A stretch of 64,000 nt of DNA from Thermodesulfobacteriota bacterium (GCA_034189385.1 JAXHVD010000006.1:1-64000), one strand, 5' to 3'; shown: positions 19,039 through 29,543, numbered from the stretch's first letter. Translations and numbers: made by a program. The notes: generated by a model from the letters alone, not told the origin.

Positions 19039-20610
19039 ATGATCACACTGTTGGATTACGGCGCAGGCAATGTGAGGAGCGTCATCAACGCTATTGAGCG
19101 TCTGGGCGAGAGCGTGGAGATCGTCTCATCAGGCGAAGACATCCTGTCTGCCGAAAAACTGGTCTTTCCGGGAGTGGGCGCCTTCGGCAGCATGATGCAG
19201 ATCCTGCATCAGAAAGAATATGTGGAACCCCTGAAGACCTATCTCCTTTCGGGGCGGCCCTTTCTGGGAATCTGTCTGGGATTGCAGGCCCTCTTCGACA
19301 GAAGCGAGGAGGCCCCGGACGTCATGGGCCTTGGCCTCATCCCGGGCTCGGTAAGAAGGTTTACCGTCGACCTTTCCGTTCCCCATATTGGATGGAACGG
19401 CCTGAACATTAAAAAGGCCTCCACGATCTTCCACGGTCTGTCTGGTGATGAGAAGTTCTATTTTGTCCATTCATACCATGTGGCCCCCCAGGACGACGCC
19501 GCGGTCCTTACGACGACTCATTATGGATATCCATTTGTAAGCGCCGTTCAAACAGGAAACATCATCGCCACCCAGTTTCACCCTGAAAAGAGCGGGGCTG
19601 CCGGCTTGCAGATACTCAACAACTTCCTTGAGTGGGGCGATGACAAAGTCCTGCCCCCCAATATGTTGTCAGAGACCCGGCTGGCAAAACGGATCATCGC
19701 TTGCCTGGATGTGCGTTCAAACGACCAGGGAGACCTGGTGGTGACCAAAGGCAACCGATACGATGTGCGGGAAAACGGTGCCGTGAGGAACCTGGGCGAG
19801 CCAGTGGACCTTGCCAGAAGGTACTATGAAGAAGGGGCTGACGAGATCACTTTCCTTAACATTACGGGATTTAGGGATTTTCCTCTGGAAGACATGCCCA
19901 TGCTGGAAGTGCTGAGGAAGACCTCTGAAAATGTGTTTGTGCCGCTCACCATCGGCGGAGGGATAAGGGACTACACGGATAAGGACGGCCGCACCTACAC
20001 GGCCCTGGAAGTGGCTTCAGAGTATTTCAGGTCCGGGGCTGACAAGGTTTCCATTGGAAGTGACGCCGTCGTGATGGTGGAACAATACCTGAAGACGGGC
20101 CGCAAGAGCGGTCATGGCGCCATCGAAGAAATATCCCGCCTGTACGGCAATCAGGCGGTAGTCATTTCCATTGACCCGAGAAGGGTCTACGTTCCATCCC
20201 CCCATGGGATGCCCCATCGGGTCATCGAAACCCAATTCCCAGGTCCCAACAACGAGCACTATTGCTGGTATCAATGTACCGTCAAGGGGGGGCGTGAGGG
20301 AAGGGACCTGGACGCAGTGACCCTGGCACAGGTGTGCGAGACCTTGGGGGCAGGAGAAATCCTTCTCAACTGCATCGACAAAGACGGGGCCAATTCCGGC
20401 TTTGATATGGAGCTGATCAACGCGGTGAAAGAGGCTGTTTCCATTCCCGTCATTGCGTCGAGCGGAGCCGGTTGCGTGGAGCATTTTTACGAAGTCTTCA
20501 CCCAGACCCAGGCGGAATCTGCCCTGGCCGCCGGCATCTTCCACAGAGAAGAAGTTCTCATAGGAGATGTGAAGCGTTATCTGAAAGGCAGAATAGAGAT
20601 CCGGGAGTAA
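19039..20610 (+). CDS. hisHF: Bifunctional imidazole glycerol phosphate synthase HisH-HisF fusion
   Basis: DYGAGN, PGVG, GICLG, FYFVHSY, QFHPEKS followed by RIIACLDV, GADE, LNCIDKDG, AAGIFH. Confidence 0.95.
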   Translation: MITLLDYGAGNVRSVINAIERLGESVEIVSSGEDILSAEKLVFPGVGAFGSMMQILHQKEYVEPLKTYLLSGRPFLGICLGLQALFDRSEEAPDVMGLGLIPGSVRRFTVDLSVPHIGWNGLNIKKASTIFHGLSGDEKFYFVHSYHVAPQDDAAVLTTTHYGYPFVSAVQTGNIIATQFHPEKSGAAGLQILNNFLEWGDDKVLPPNMLSETRLAKRIIACLDVRSNDQGDLVVTKGNRYDVRENGAVRNLGEPVDLARRYYEEGADEITFLNITGFRDFPLEDMPMLEVLRKTSENVFVPLTIGGGIRDYTDKDGRTYTALEVASEYFRSGADKVSIGSDAVVMVEQYLKTGRKSGHGAIEEISRLYGNQAVVISIDPRRVYVPSPHGMPHRVIETQFPGPNNEHYCWYQCTVKGGREGRDLDAVTLAQVCETLGAGEILLNCIDKDGANSGFDMELINAVKEAVSIPVIASSGAGCVEHFYEVFTQTQAESALAAGIFHREEVLIGDVKRYLKGRIEIRE

Positions 20611-20763
20611 AGGCCCCCATGGGTTCTGGCGCCTATCCAAAGGCGCCTGTGAGGGCCAGATGGCAGGGATGTCCGGTGAGATTCTTAAAGAGGCGACGTA
20701 GGAAATCAGGAAACCTCGCTGAAACTGAGGCGGCTGACCACCAGAGAAAAGGGGGAAAGGATC

Positions 20764-21129
20764 ATGAGAAAGGGATTCTTGGCAGGCCTGTTGGTGTTGG
20801 TGTTTCATCTGGGCGCAGCCTATGGCGCCGATGATGTCCAAAAGGGCCTAGCATCGCCTGCCAAAGGCGGCACGGTGGTGACAACGGAAAAACTGACCAT
20901 AGCAGATGTGAAAGGCCATTTGGCGCGCGGCGATTGGCTGACCCTGGAAGAAGTCTATGGGATACACCAAGAAGGAAACACGGCTACTGTCTATTACAAG
21001 GGGAAAGAACCTGTCCCGCCCTTCATTGCAGCAGAGGGATTCCAAGTGACTGAGGCGACCTTAGAGTTGGTGCGGTTTAATTCGGGCAAGTGGTTCGTCA
21101 AAGATGGGGCGACCTTTTTGAAACGATAG
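20764..21129 (+). CDS. Secreted hypothetical protein
   Basis: Signal peptide ending AYG-A; purine-rich RBS. Confidence 0.6.
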   Translation: MRKGFLAGLLVLVFHLGAAYGADDVQKGLASPAKGGTVVTTEKLTIADVKGHLARGDWLTLEEVYGIHQEGNTATVYYKGKEPVPPFIAAEGFQVTEATLELVRFNSGKWFVKDGATFLKR

Positions 21130-21253
21130 TCCCCGAATCCTGCCCTTTTTTAGACCGGTGCCGCCGTCGACACTTGTCATGAGCGCTCTAGATAAAGATT
21201 GGGGATGTAGCCCATCAGGCCGTGGACGGGTCCAGAAGCTCGGTGCCACACCG

Positions 21254-22879
21254 CTAGCGATGCCCATCAACCGGTATGAGGATGGTAAAGGTCGTTCCCC
21301 TGCTTACCGTGCTCTCCACGTCAATCGCGCCTTTATGCTTCTTGATAATGCTATGGACCACGTTCAGGCCCAGGCCGGTCCCTTGGCCCACCGCCTTGCT
21401 GGTGAAGAAGGGGTCGAATATCCTGGAAAGACTTTCCTCTGGAATTCCTTCGCCGGTGTCACTTATCTTAATCTCAACAGATCCGTTTAAGGCCCGCGTG
21501 GCAATGCGGATCTCTCCCATCTCCTTCATCGCCTGGACGGAGTTCACCAGCAGGTTGACAAATACCTGATTCAACTGCTGTGGATAGCACAATACTAAAG
21601 GCAATTCTTCGTAGTCCTTTGTGACCCTTGCCTTGTACTTGACCTCGTTCCAGACAACGTTCACGGTGGAATCAAGGTTCTTGTTGATATCGGCATATTT
21701 GAGCTCCTGCTCACCAGGGTGGGCAAAGTCCTTTAGATCACGCACGATCTCTTTAATTCGCTCCGTTCCCTCATTGCTTTCTTTCATGAGTGCGGGGATG
21801 TCTTCCAGGATGAAATCGATGTCTACATTGGATTCACGTTCTTCCACATGCCGGATCTGCTCCGCAATCGATGGCGGGACACCGTTTTCTGACATCTGTT
21901 CTTTCAAATCCGATATCAACTTCCTGTATGCCACTAGAAGTCCCCCCACATCATTCTGATAATCTGCCAATACGGTCAAATTGCTACTTACAAAACCGAT
22001 GGGGTTGTTGATTTCATGAGCGACGCCTGCGGCAAGCTGTCCAATGGATGCCATTTTTCCAGACTGTATCATCTGGGCCTGTGTGTTTTTTAAGGTAGTC
22101 AGTGTTTCTTCTAATTTGTCATGGCTTTCCTGAAGCGCCTGCTCTGCCCTTTGGCGCTCTCTTATTTCCTTCCTTAATTGCTCGTTTGTCCTGGTTAGTT
22201 CAGCAGTGCGTTCTGTAACCCGTTGTTCAAGCCCGTCGCGGGCTTCTTGCAGTTGCCCCCCTGCCTCCTTGAGTTGTTCAACGCTCACTTGGAGTGCGAG
22301 ATTCTTGAGGGTCAGCTTTTGCTGTGTCTCTTCTCTAGTCTTCTCAAAGGCATAAGATAATCCAAGTACAACCAGAAAGGACGGGATAAACCTGATTTTG
22401 AAATCTTCTGCGTAAGTAGCGAGACATGGTGAAGAGATGTCTACCGTGAATAGCACAAGAACAGGCAGCAACAGGATAAACGTTGCAAGGGCTCCTCTTT
22501 TGGAGCCGAGGAGAAATGAAGCAAAGAGAGGAAAAGTATAGTACCACAAGTGCCCGGTATGGTTCTGACCTCCTGTTAAAAAGAGAAAAATAAGTAAAAG
22601 ACCCGTTGAAGCGATTCCAAAATAACTGGCAATACGAAACTGTCTGCTTCTTCTCAAATACAGGATGTTGCCAATGAGCATGATGGCTAAAACAAGATCG
22701 CAATATCCAAGGGGAAGATTCCCTTGTACGAGGGCAAGAATCCCAAGGGGAATGAGGTTGGCAATGGCAATAACACTCACAAGGTTGATGATCATCACCT
22801 TGCGGGTAAGCTCCACGTCACCGTCCTCATGGATCCCGCTGGTCATGAAGTCCCTTGCCAATCGTTTCATCATACTCAT
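21254..22879 (-). CDS. Membrane sensor histidine kinase
   Basis: Multi-TM N-terminus; AHEINNP, QVFVNL, DTG.G, FDPFF, GTGLGL. Confidence 0.95.
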   Translation of the reverse strand: MSMMKRLARDFMTSGIHEDGDVELTRKVMIINLVSVIAIANLIPLGILALVQGNLPLGYCDLVLAIMLIGNILYLRRSRQFRIASYFGIASTGLLLIFLFLTGGQNHTGHLWYYTFPLFASFLLGSKRGALATFILLLPVLVLFTVDISSPCLATYAEDFKIRFIPSFLVVLGLSYAFEKTREETQQKLTLKNLALQVSVEQLKEAGGQLQEARDGLEQRVTERTAELTRTNEQLRKEIRERQRAEQALQESHDKLEETLTTLKNTQAQMIQSGKMASIGQLAAGVAHEINNPIGFVSSNLTVLADYQNDVGGLLVAYRKLISDLKEQMSENGVPPSIAEQIRHVEERESNVDIDFILEDIPALMKESNEGTERIKEIVRDLKDFAHPGEQELKYADINKNLDSTVNVVWNEVKYKARVTKDYEELPLVLCYPQQLNQVFVNLLVNSVQAMKEMGEIRIATRALNGSVEIKISDTGEGIPEESLSRIFDPFFTSKAVGQGTGLGLNVVHSIIKKHKGAIDVESTVSRGTTFTILIPVDGHR

Positions 22880-22969
22880 GCTCGTGCCTCATCGTCTGCG
22901 TGGGAAAGGACACATCAGAAAGAGGCTGGGATATGCGCAGGGTCTCTTCAAAAAGAATATCTCCTGCTG

Positions 22970-24412
22970 TTATGGTTTCAGGACGCGATGAACGGTCTCG
23001 GCTAACTCACGCTTATCAACAGGCTTCATGACCAACGCCCGGATTCCCACAGCCTTCATCTGCGCTTCATTCATCCTCACACCATGGCCGGTGCAAAGGA
23101 TGACGGGGATGTCGGGACGTATGGCCATGACTTCTCTGGCAAACCTGTCACCGGTGATGCCAGGCATGGTCATATCCGTAATCACCAGATCGAATCCGTC
23201 GGGTTGCGCTCGGAACGCCTTTAAGGCCTCCAGGCTCCCCGTGCTGGCGACCACCGTGTAACCCAAACGTTCCAGCACCTGTTTTCCTGTCTTTATCAAG
23301 GCGCTCTCATCGTCGATGAGGAGAATGCGCTCGCTGCCTGTGGGTAGCGCTTCTCCGCGCCTTGGTTGGTCCGGTGCTACCGCCTCACTGGCTGGGAGAA
23401 AGACGTCGAATGTGGTGCCCTTTCCAGGTTCGCTATCCACCGTGATGGCACCACCATGGCTTTTGACTATCTCCAGGACCACAGAAAGCCCCAATCCCGT
23501 GCCCTCACCTACCCCCTTTGTGGTAAAATAGGGGGCAAAGATGCGGTCCATCACTGCACGGTCCATCCCGCATCCAGTGTCAGTGACGGTCAACCTGACG
23601 TAATTTCCTGGGGTGAGATTCGGATACCCCATTGGGAATTCCACAAGCTCAATGGCAGATGGGGTTTCATCGCCTTGCACAGCCCATCTTTGCATCCCCA
23701 ATGCCACGTTCCGAAGGCTTACCTCCAACGTGCCTCCCTCTTTTGCCATGGCATGGGCCGCATTGCCGCAAAGGTTCAGCAACACTTGGACCATCTGTGT
23801 CGGATCAGCCAGTACCGTATCTGATTCGCACGAGAAGTTGCGGCGAATATCGACAGTCGTCGGAATCGATGCCCTCAATAGCTTCAGTGCCTCTTCTAAG
23901 AGGGGGGTCATGTTGACAGGCTTCAACTCCTGCCCTGTCTGGCGGCCAAAACTCAGAATCTGCGATACCAGATCCTTTGCTCGCAAGCACGCGTCGTGCA
24001 ATTCCTTCAGGCACTCTTGGGCAGGGTTTTTCTCTGGCACGTCATCCATGGCCAATTCCGCGTTGCCGAGAATGATGCTCAGCAGGTTGTTGAAGTCATG
24101 GGCAATGCCTCCGGCGAGGGTCCCGATGGTTTGCATTTTCTGCGCCTGTTGGAGACGAGCCGGGATTTCTCTTTTTTCAACGGTCTTTTCCCCAACCCCG
24201 GGGGCCTCTGCCACACTTCCTCCTCGGTCCATCGTTGGAAATGCCGAAATCTTCTGATGAGACTCAAGATCCGCCTTTGCTTTTACGGCCATTGTCGGAA
24301 TGGGGGAACAACGTGGAGGGAGTGGCTTCTTCTCCGATGAGTGGAAGCACTTCTGGGAAACCGGCCTATTCAAAGGCTTTCTGCGGAGTCTTCCTCTTGG
24401 TGCCTCTGTCAT
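22970..24412 (-). CDS. Hybrid histidine kinase/response regulator
   Basis: AHDFNN, GTGLGL, receiver LIDD...ITDMTMP...KP; start uncertain. Confidence 0.9.
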   Translation of the reverse strand: MTEAPRGRLRRKPLNRPVSQKCFHSSEKKPLPPRCSPIPTMAVKAKADLESHQKISAFPTMDRGGSVAEAPGVGEKTVEKREIPARLQQAQKMQTIGTLAGGIAHDFNNLLSIILGNAELAMDDVPEKNPAQECLKELHDACLRAKDLVSQILSFGRQTGQELKPVNMTPLLEEALKLLRASIPTTVDIRRNFSCESDTVLADPTQMVQVLLNLCGNAAHAMAKEGGTLEVSLRNVALGMQRWAVQGDETPSAIELVEFPMGYPNLTPGNYVRLTVTDTGCGMDRAVMDRIFAPYFTTKGVGEGTGLGLSVVLEIVKSHGGAITVDSEPGKGTTFDVFLPASEAVAPDQPRRGEALPTGSERILLIDDESALIKTGKQVLERLGYTVVASTGSLEALKAFRAQPDGFDLVITDMTMPGITGDRFAREVMAIRPDIPVILCTGHGVRMNEAQMKAVGIRALVMKPVDKRELAETVHRVLKP

Positions 24413-24758
24413 GTCTATGCTGTGATCTCTATCCGGGTTCGTTCAAACATGAATACTTGACAGTTTCGCAAAAAGTCCTTTGCCAAAGACATTCAGCATG
24501 TTGGGGAAAAAGTACTTGGTGTTCGGCGTCAAAAAAATGCTAACGGTTTGATCCGCAGCAGCGGAGAGTCTTCACATCTTCGCCGAACATTCTAAGTGCG
24601 CCCAAATTTTTTCAAGCCCCCAGGCGCGAATGCTCACGGAGAAAGCAAAATGGACTTCCTACGACTTCATCAATACTTGCACCAAGAAACAGATAACGAT
24701 CGTTGCTTTTGCCAAGCACGCCATCTGCGAAGGATGCGCATCACAAAGGCTCTTTCTG

Positions 24759-24774
24759 GCAGGAAACGTGCCAA
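24759..24774 (-). promoter_or_regulatory. Possible sigma54 -24/-12 promoter
   Basis: TTGGCACG-TTTC-CTGC on the minus strand upstream of the kinase pair; one mismatch to consensus. Confidence 0.35.
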
Positions 24775-24992
24775 AGTGGCCGCGGCACAGTCTGATAATC
24801 TTTTCAGTTGGTTACAGGTGTTTTCGAGCCCCGGGTGGGTGAAGGGGTGGGCAGAGGGGATCTAAAATGCCGCCAAGCGTCAAGATTTTGACCCTGTCAG
24901 TTCACGTGCCAAGCGACTTGAACGTGTCACTTCGTCACATTGGGGGAGGGATGGGAAGAGAAGAGACTAGAAAAAAAGGGAGATCCGCTTGC

Positions 24993-25436
24993 TTATGACA
25001 ACTTGTTGCCGTTGCCGCGGGCATACTCCTCAAGGGCCTTTTGCAGGGCCTTTATGGACAGACGAATGCAGTGCTGTTTCTGATCTGGGACTTCCTCAAG
25101 AACACGGTAGATGTCGCGGTCCTTAATGGCGTGCGCCTCTTCAATCGTCTTGCCCTTGGCGAGCTCCATGGCCACCATGGCCGATGCCACCGCTCCCGGA
25201 CAACCGAGGACCTGGACCTTGGCATCTTCAATGCGTCCCTGACCTACTTTCAGATAGACTTTCATGGTGTCTCCACAGGGGCCAGTCAGCTCAGACACCT
25301 GGTCGGCGTCAGAAAGTGTTCCCAAATTGGGCCGATTCAGGTAGTAGGAAATCGCCTTGTCAGAGTATCCCGACCCAGAAAGGATCTCCTTTACAGCAGC
25401 CGTGTCTTGTATGTCTAACGCATGATCATCACTCAT
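24993..25436 (-). CDS. IscU/NifU-N-like Fe-S scaffold protein
   Basis: GPCGD, GC..A.AS, K.HC. Confidence 0.85.
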   Translation of the reverse strand: MSDDHALDIQDTAAVKEILSGSGYSDKAISYYLNRPNLGTLSDADQVSELTGPCGDTMKVYLKVGQGRIEDAKVQVLGCPGAVASAMVAMELAKGKTIEEAHAIKDRDIYRVLEEVPDQKQHCIRLSIKALQKALEEYARGNGNKLS

Positions 25437-25666
25437 ATTTTCTCTCCTATTAGGGGATGCTCACCCTGCCTGCCGTCTCTGGCGTAGGTTTGGTTGAGCG
25501 GGCACTCGAAAATAGGGCCAAATTTTTTTTTATATAAAACATAGGCCTCTTTGTCAAGGAAACCTTCTCCCAAATGCTTGTGCCTGGCAGGCAAGGCCTG
25601 TCTGGTTTGCATCCCATGGGCCTATCCTTCGCTATTTCTGGCCCTTACTTGCGACCTGCCGTCGTC

Positions 25667-26911
25667 TCAAAAAGGCACAGAGATGCCTGGGGGCACCGCA
25701 CCTCTTGGGCATACCAGACTGAAGCCGCCTTCTTTGACAAAAACGTCAAGGTTGGAAGGAACGTTCAAGGCGCTCCTGTCTTTTGTGAGCATGATGGCAC
25801 AGGGAAGATGCCGCTGTTCTATGAGTTCCAAGCCATGTGCCAGGATCTCTTTTCGTGTTGCTCCCTGCAGCCGTTCGGGCGGCGTCAAGAGAAAGACCGC
25901 CTCCCCGTATCCTCCAGCCCCTATGGCGCAGGGGACAAAGGAAAGGTCCACTTCAGTGCCTCCGGCCCCGAGTTGCTTCAGCATCACAAAAGCATGGAGT
26001 ATGCTATGATAGGCAAGATTTGTGTCTTTGGCTGCATAAACAGTTCTCAGGTCGAAATAATATATCTTCCTGGCAAGGGAGAGCCTGAGATCCAAAGGAA
26101 AGGAAAGCTTCCATTTCCTGTCCCTTAAGGAGACCCTTTTTTCTAAGGTCTCTGAGAGGTGCGTACTCTTCGATGACAGCACCTTTTCAATGAGTCTGAA
26201 TGTGTTGCTCCGAGAGGCTGTCCGAGCGTTCAGGTCGTTGCCCACGGCGCGATAAGTTTGATAGCTCCTGCTCTCTTTTTCCAGGACCTGGCAGTCCAAC
26301 ACCAACCCTTTTCCCTCCAATTCGTTGAAGATGTCCATAAGGTTGCTAGAGGGTATTTCCCCATCCACCCCCGGTGCCGCCACAGCCAGATAACAGTCAA
26401 TGGGCGGCCCCATGCCCCCCAGAAGACTCAGGCAGGAAAAATCCACCATAGGCGTAAGAAGCCAAGGGTATTCCCCCCTTCGTGCAAGGATGTCTCCACC
26501 TACATCTAAGGCAATGAGCACATCATAAGCATTCTCTTTTATCAGCTTTTCAATCTCGCCCTTCAACTTGGCCGTGCCGTATTGGAGAGAGAAAAGATAG
26601 AAACGGCCCACCCCTAAGGCAAGATCCCTGTTCAAATCGACCAATTCCGGCTCGAAGTACGAATCAAGGGAGACCTCTTCTTCGGAAAGGATGAATTTTC
26701 TACTCTTCTGGCCTCTTAACTCATTGATGGGCCTTTCGAGTTCTCCATCAAAGCGGTGCAGGGCCCATGGCGTCAAGAAACCAGCCAGATCCACGGCGGT
26801 CCCCCCTTGGCGAAGGGTCTCCGACACCAGGACACAACTGGCCATATCGCGGCCGCTTCCGGCTCCCACGACCAGTGCCCTCTCGTAATGCCTGCGGCTA
26901 AAGATCTCCAT
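25667..26911 (-). CDS. DUF1152-like protein
   Basis: VGAGSGRD, LDVGGDILARR, PGVDGE resemble DUF1152 motifs. Confidence 0.65.
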   Translation of the reverse strand: MEIFSRRHYERALVVGAGSGRDMASCVLVSETLRQGGTAVDLAGFLTPWALHRFDGELERPINELRGQKSRKFILSEEEVSLDSYFEPELVDLNRDLALGVGRFYLFSLQYGTAKLKGEIEKLIKENAYDVLIALDVGGDILARRGEYPWLLTPMVDFSCLSLLGGMGPPIDCYLAVAAPGVDGEIPSSNLMDIFNELEGKGLVLDCQVLEKESRSYQTYRAVGNDLNARTASRSNTFRLIEKVLSSKSTHLSETLEKRVSLRDRKWKLSFPLDLRLSLARKIYYFDLRTVYAAKDTNLAYHSILHAFVMLKQLGAGGTEVDLSFVPCAIGAGGYGEAVFLLTPPERLQGATRKEILAHGLELIEQRHLPCAIMLTKDRSALNVPSNLDVFVKEGGFSLVCPRGAVPPGISVPF

Positions 26912-27866
26912 CGTCTATGAACCCCATCTTGATGTGAGGCTGTCGCAGCATGCGTTTGTCCTTGCTTCTTTCGTATCTTCTGAGCATCGTGTCAACAAAG
27001 GCCTTTTCTACTTCAAATTCATTGACGATCTCTTCTTTGTCCCGCCGCTTCTCAAAAAGCAAGAACGCCAGCGCATCTTGTTCCTCCCAGGTAGCCCCCA
27101 GCTCCCTTTCGTGGGTCTGTCCGGGAAAGTAGCCTGTAGATGGAACCCTCGCAGTAATCTCCCTGGGCACATGCAGGACTTTGGCAAGCTCATAGATGTC
27201 GATCTTGTACAGCTCGTCCAAGACACCAAAGTCAAAAGAAATGGGAGTTCCATATTTAGCTGCATAGCCCTGGACAAACTCGGCACGGTTGCCAGTGCCA
27301 AGGACCCTGCCATTTACTCTTCTTGCCATATCGTAAAGCATGGCAATCCTTGCCCGTGACGAGAAATTGCCTATGCGCATCCGGTCCATGTCCGTCTGGT
27401 CTTGGCTTGCTGTGCAGATGGACATCCCTTTCCATCTGAGGCTGTTTACTACTTCTATTTCCTTTCTGACTATTTCGAAAATGGAAATCACGTACTGGAC
27501 TGAAGGATCAGCCATCTTCAGCCTTTCTCTCACGAGGTTCGAGAAACGGACACTTTCGTCATCTTCCCTTGCGGGCATGGTAACGGCAATGACGTTTTCA
27601 ACGCCCACAGCCTTTGTGGCCAGATATACGACAACAGAGGAATCCACACCCCCAGACAGGCCAACGAGGAGTTTCGCTCTTACCCTTTGGCCCGATTCGT
27701 TGGTCTGTTGCCGTATCTTCTCATAGTACCCCCTGATCTCCTGACAGAGTCTTGCCTTGACGCCCTCGTAGTCATGGTGGATACGGGCCGTGATTGCCCT
27801 AAGCACCTTAAAGAGGCTTTCTTCGTCCTTGAAATGGCTGTACTTTTTCTTCTCCATGGACATCAT
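26898..27866 (-). CDS. nadE: NH3-dependent NAD+ synthetase-like protein
   Basis: GLSGGVDS, GN..SR.R...LY, GTGN..E...GY..KYG, L.K..IY, PS.G..PGQT.E.ELG. Confidence 0.85.
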   Translation of the reverse strand: MMSMEKKKYSHFKDEESLFKVLRAITARIHHDYEGVKARLCQEIRGYYEKIRQQTNESGQRVRAKLLVGLSGGVDSSVVVYLATKAVGVENVIAVTMPAREDDESVRFSNLVRERLKMADPSVQYVISIFEIVRKEIEVVNSLRWKGMSICTASQDQTDMDRMRIGNFSSRARIAMLYDMARRVNGRVLGTGNRAEFVQGYAAKYGTPISFDFGVLDELYKIDIYELAKVLHVPREITARVPSTGYFPGQTHERELGATWEEQDALAFLLFEKRRDKEEIVNEFEVEKAFVDTMLRRYERSKDKRMLRQPHIKMGFIDDGDL

Positions 27867-27909
27867 TCCAGAAATGCGACACTTGGAAAGAGGCCCAGAA
27901 CCCCAGGTC

Positions 27910-28179
27910 TCATTTTTCAGATATCCTGGCAAAGATCCTATCTAGTTCGGCAATGGTACAGGATTCAAGGGGCACGGGCTCTTTCAAGAAACCAGTTAGG
28001 GGGAAGAATCTACTTATTCCAGCCAGAAAATGGCCGTAGTCTGAAAAGTCAACTTTCTTGTAGGTGAGCATTCTCTTTAGTTTCCCCTTGCGAGGAAAAC
28101 TGAAATAAGCGTAGCTGCGCTCGTCCTCTATGAATCCTGTATACCCGTTCACATAGGGCCTCAGGCTGATGAGTCTCAT
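27910..28179 (-). CDS. Small hypothetical protein
   Basis: 89 aa ORF with ATG start, co-oriented inside the gene run. Confidence 0.5.
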   Translation of the reverse strand: MRLISLRPYVNGYTGFIEDERSYAYFSFPRKGKLKRMLTYKKVDFSDYGHFLAGISRFFPLTGFLKEPVPLESCTIAELDRIFARISEK

Positions 28180-28233
28180 GTCCGGATCATCTCAAAAAGC
28201 GTTGGCGTGATCCTGCATCCTTGAACCCCTTTT

Positions 28234-28581
28234 CTACTCGTGCTCTTTGGGAACGGCGCAAATGAGGATGAGGGGTTTTTCTCCTGTATTCTTGTAGCGG
28301 TGTTTTTCGTCAGGAAGGACCAAGGCAAAATGGCCCTTTTCTATTTTTTGCTCCTTACCCCCTTCGGTGACCAGGACCCCACGCCCCTCTATGACATAGT
28401 TCAAATGCTCAAAAGGGTGGGCATGAAAAGGGGTGCAACCGTTTTGCCCAATCGTAAAGACCCGAACGGAGAAGGTAGGGCTGCCGTCATCTTTCGATAT
28501 GGGAATTTGCTTCCACACGTCCACTGCCCCCTCCATTTGTAGCCGTGTCTTTTCGACCTCATCGAGACTAGTAATTTTCAT
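28234..28581 (-). CDS. Cupin domain protein
   Basis: TPFHAHPFEH...G.G...P..KH...N. Confidence 0.9.
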   Translation of the reverse strand: MKITSLDEVEKTRLQMEGAVDVWKQIPISKDDGSPTFSVRVFTIGQNGCTPFHAHPFEHLNYVIEGRGVLVTEGGKEQKIEKGHFALVLPDEKHRYKNTGEKPLILICAVPKEHE

Positions 28582-28626
28582 CCAACAACCTCCCTGGTAC
28601 CAACAGAATCATTGCCTCATAGGCAT

Positions 28627-29352
28627 TCAGTTTTTCTCCGCCTCTAACTTGCTGCGAATCTCCTGCCAATCCTTCACCTTCTCAGCCCCATCCACCCTAT
28701 CAAAGCTGAAACTCAACGGCCTATGCCCCTTCCATGTTTCTATCACCTTGGGACCTGCAATGAGGGCCTTGATCTTGAGCTCCTTTTCGGCCGCCTCGTC
28801 AAATACGGCCCCTTGTCTCCACGCCAGCACAGGTGATGGCGCGAATGCATGCTCAGCCAGCCACGCCCTGACAACCCTTAGCCCGACGAAACTTGTTTGG
28901 AGGAACACCACCGGAAAATACTCGCAGATGCTTCCTATGGCCTCCCGGCTCCCCTGCTGTGCTTTCATGGGCAGGGGTCCCTCAAAGAGGGTGCCTTCAA
29001 CGTCAACAAAGACAATGGCAGACCCTCTGTCCAAGCAAAGAAGCCGACCCCTGTCCTCCTCTCCATGGAATGTCACACGAATCTGGTGGATCCCCGTGCT
29101 TTCCGGCACAAAGGACTTAAAGGCGATGCCGTCTCCGCCCGAAAGGTTCTTGCCAATGGACTTTCCATCAACAAAGAAGGCGACAAGCTCACCACCTCTT
29201 GGCAAGAGCCGCCCTCTTGTCTCGGCCCTTAAGAGGCACTTTCGGCCTTTCACCGCCACCATATCATAGACGAAGACACGTGACAGGGCCCTGGGCGGAA
29301 ACACGGCAAAAAGGACAAAGGCCGCCAAGAGGCTGATGAAGCACCCTTTCAT
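28627..29352 (-). CDS. Exported hypothetical protein, possible degenerate HAD-like domain
   Basis: Signal peptide; VFVDVEGTL. Confidence 0.55.
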   Translation of the reverse strand: MKGCFISLLAAFVLFAVFPPRALSRVFVYDMVAVKGRKCLLRAETRGRLLPRGGELVAFFVDGKSIGKNLSGGDGIAFKSFVPESTGIHQIRVTFHGEEDRGRLLCLDRGSAIVFVDVEGTLFEGPLPMKAQQGSREAIGSICEYFPVVFLQTSFVGLRVVRAWLAEHAFAPSPVLAWRQGAVFDEAAEKELKIKALIAGPKVIETWKGHRPLSFSFDRVDGAEKVKDWQEIRSKLEAEKN

Positions 29353-29543
29353 ATGATCCTTTACGCCTTGTTTTGACGGGCTGTTGCCAAAACCGACGTT
29401 CCTTCAAGGGGCCATGGTACCTGTTTGCCCATCCATGCTGGCGAATCCTGCCCTCTAAGCGGGACTGGAACCAGCCGTAGAGGCGTTAAGATTGGCCCAG
29501 AGCCAAGGAAGAAGACATCTGGCAACGGCCCGTAAAAATGGGG

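Noticed and set aside
20690..20760. Possible c-di-GMP riboswitch upstream of the secreted protein gene
   Set aside because: Hairpin present but the GEMM consensus elements could not be matched; an Infernal search is needed.
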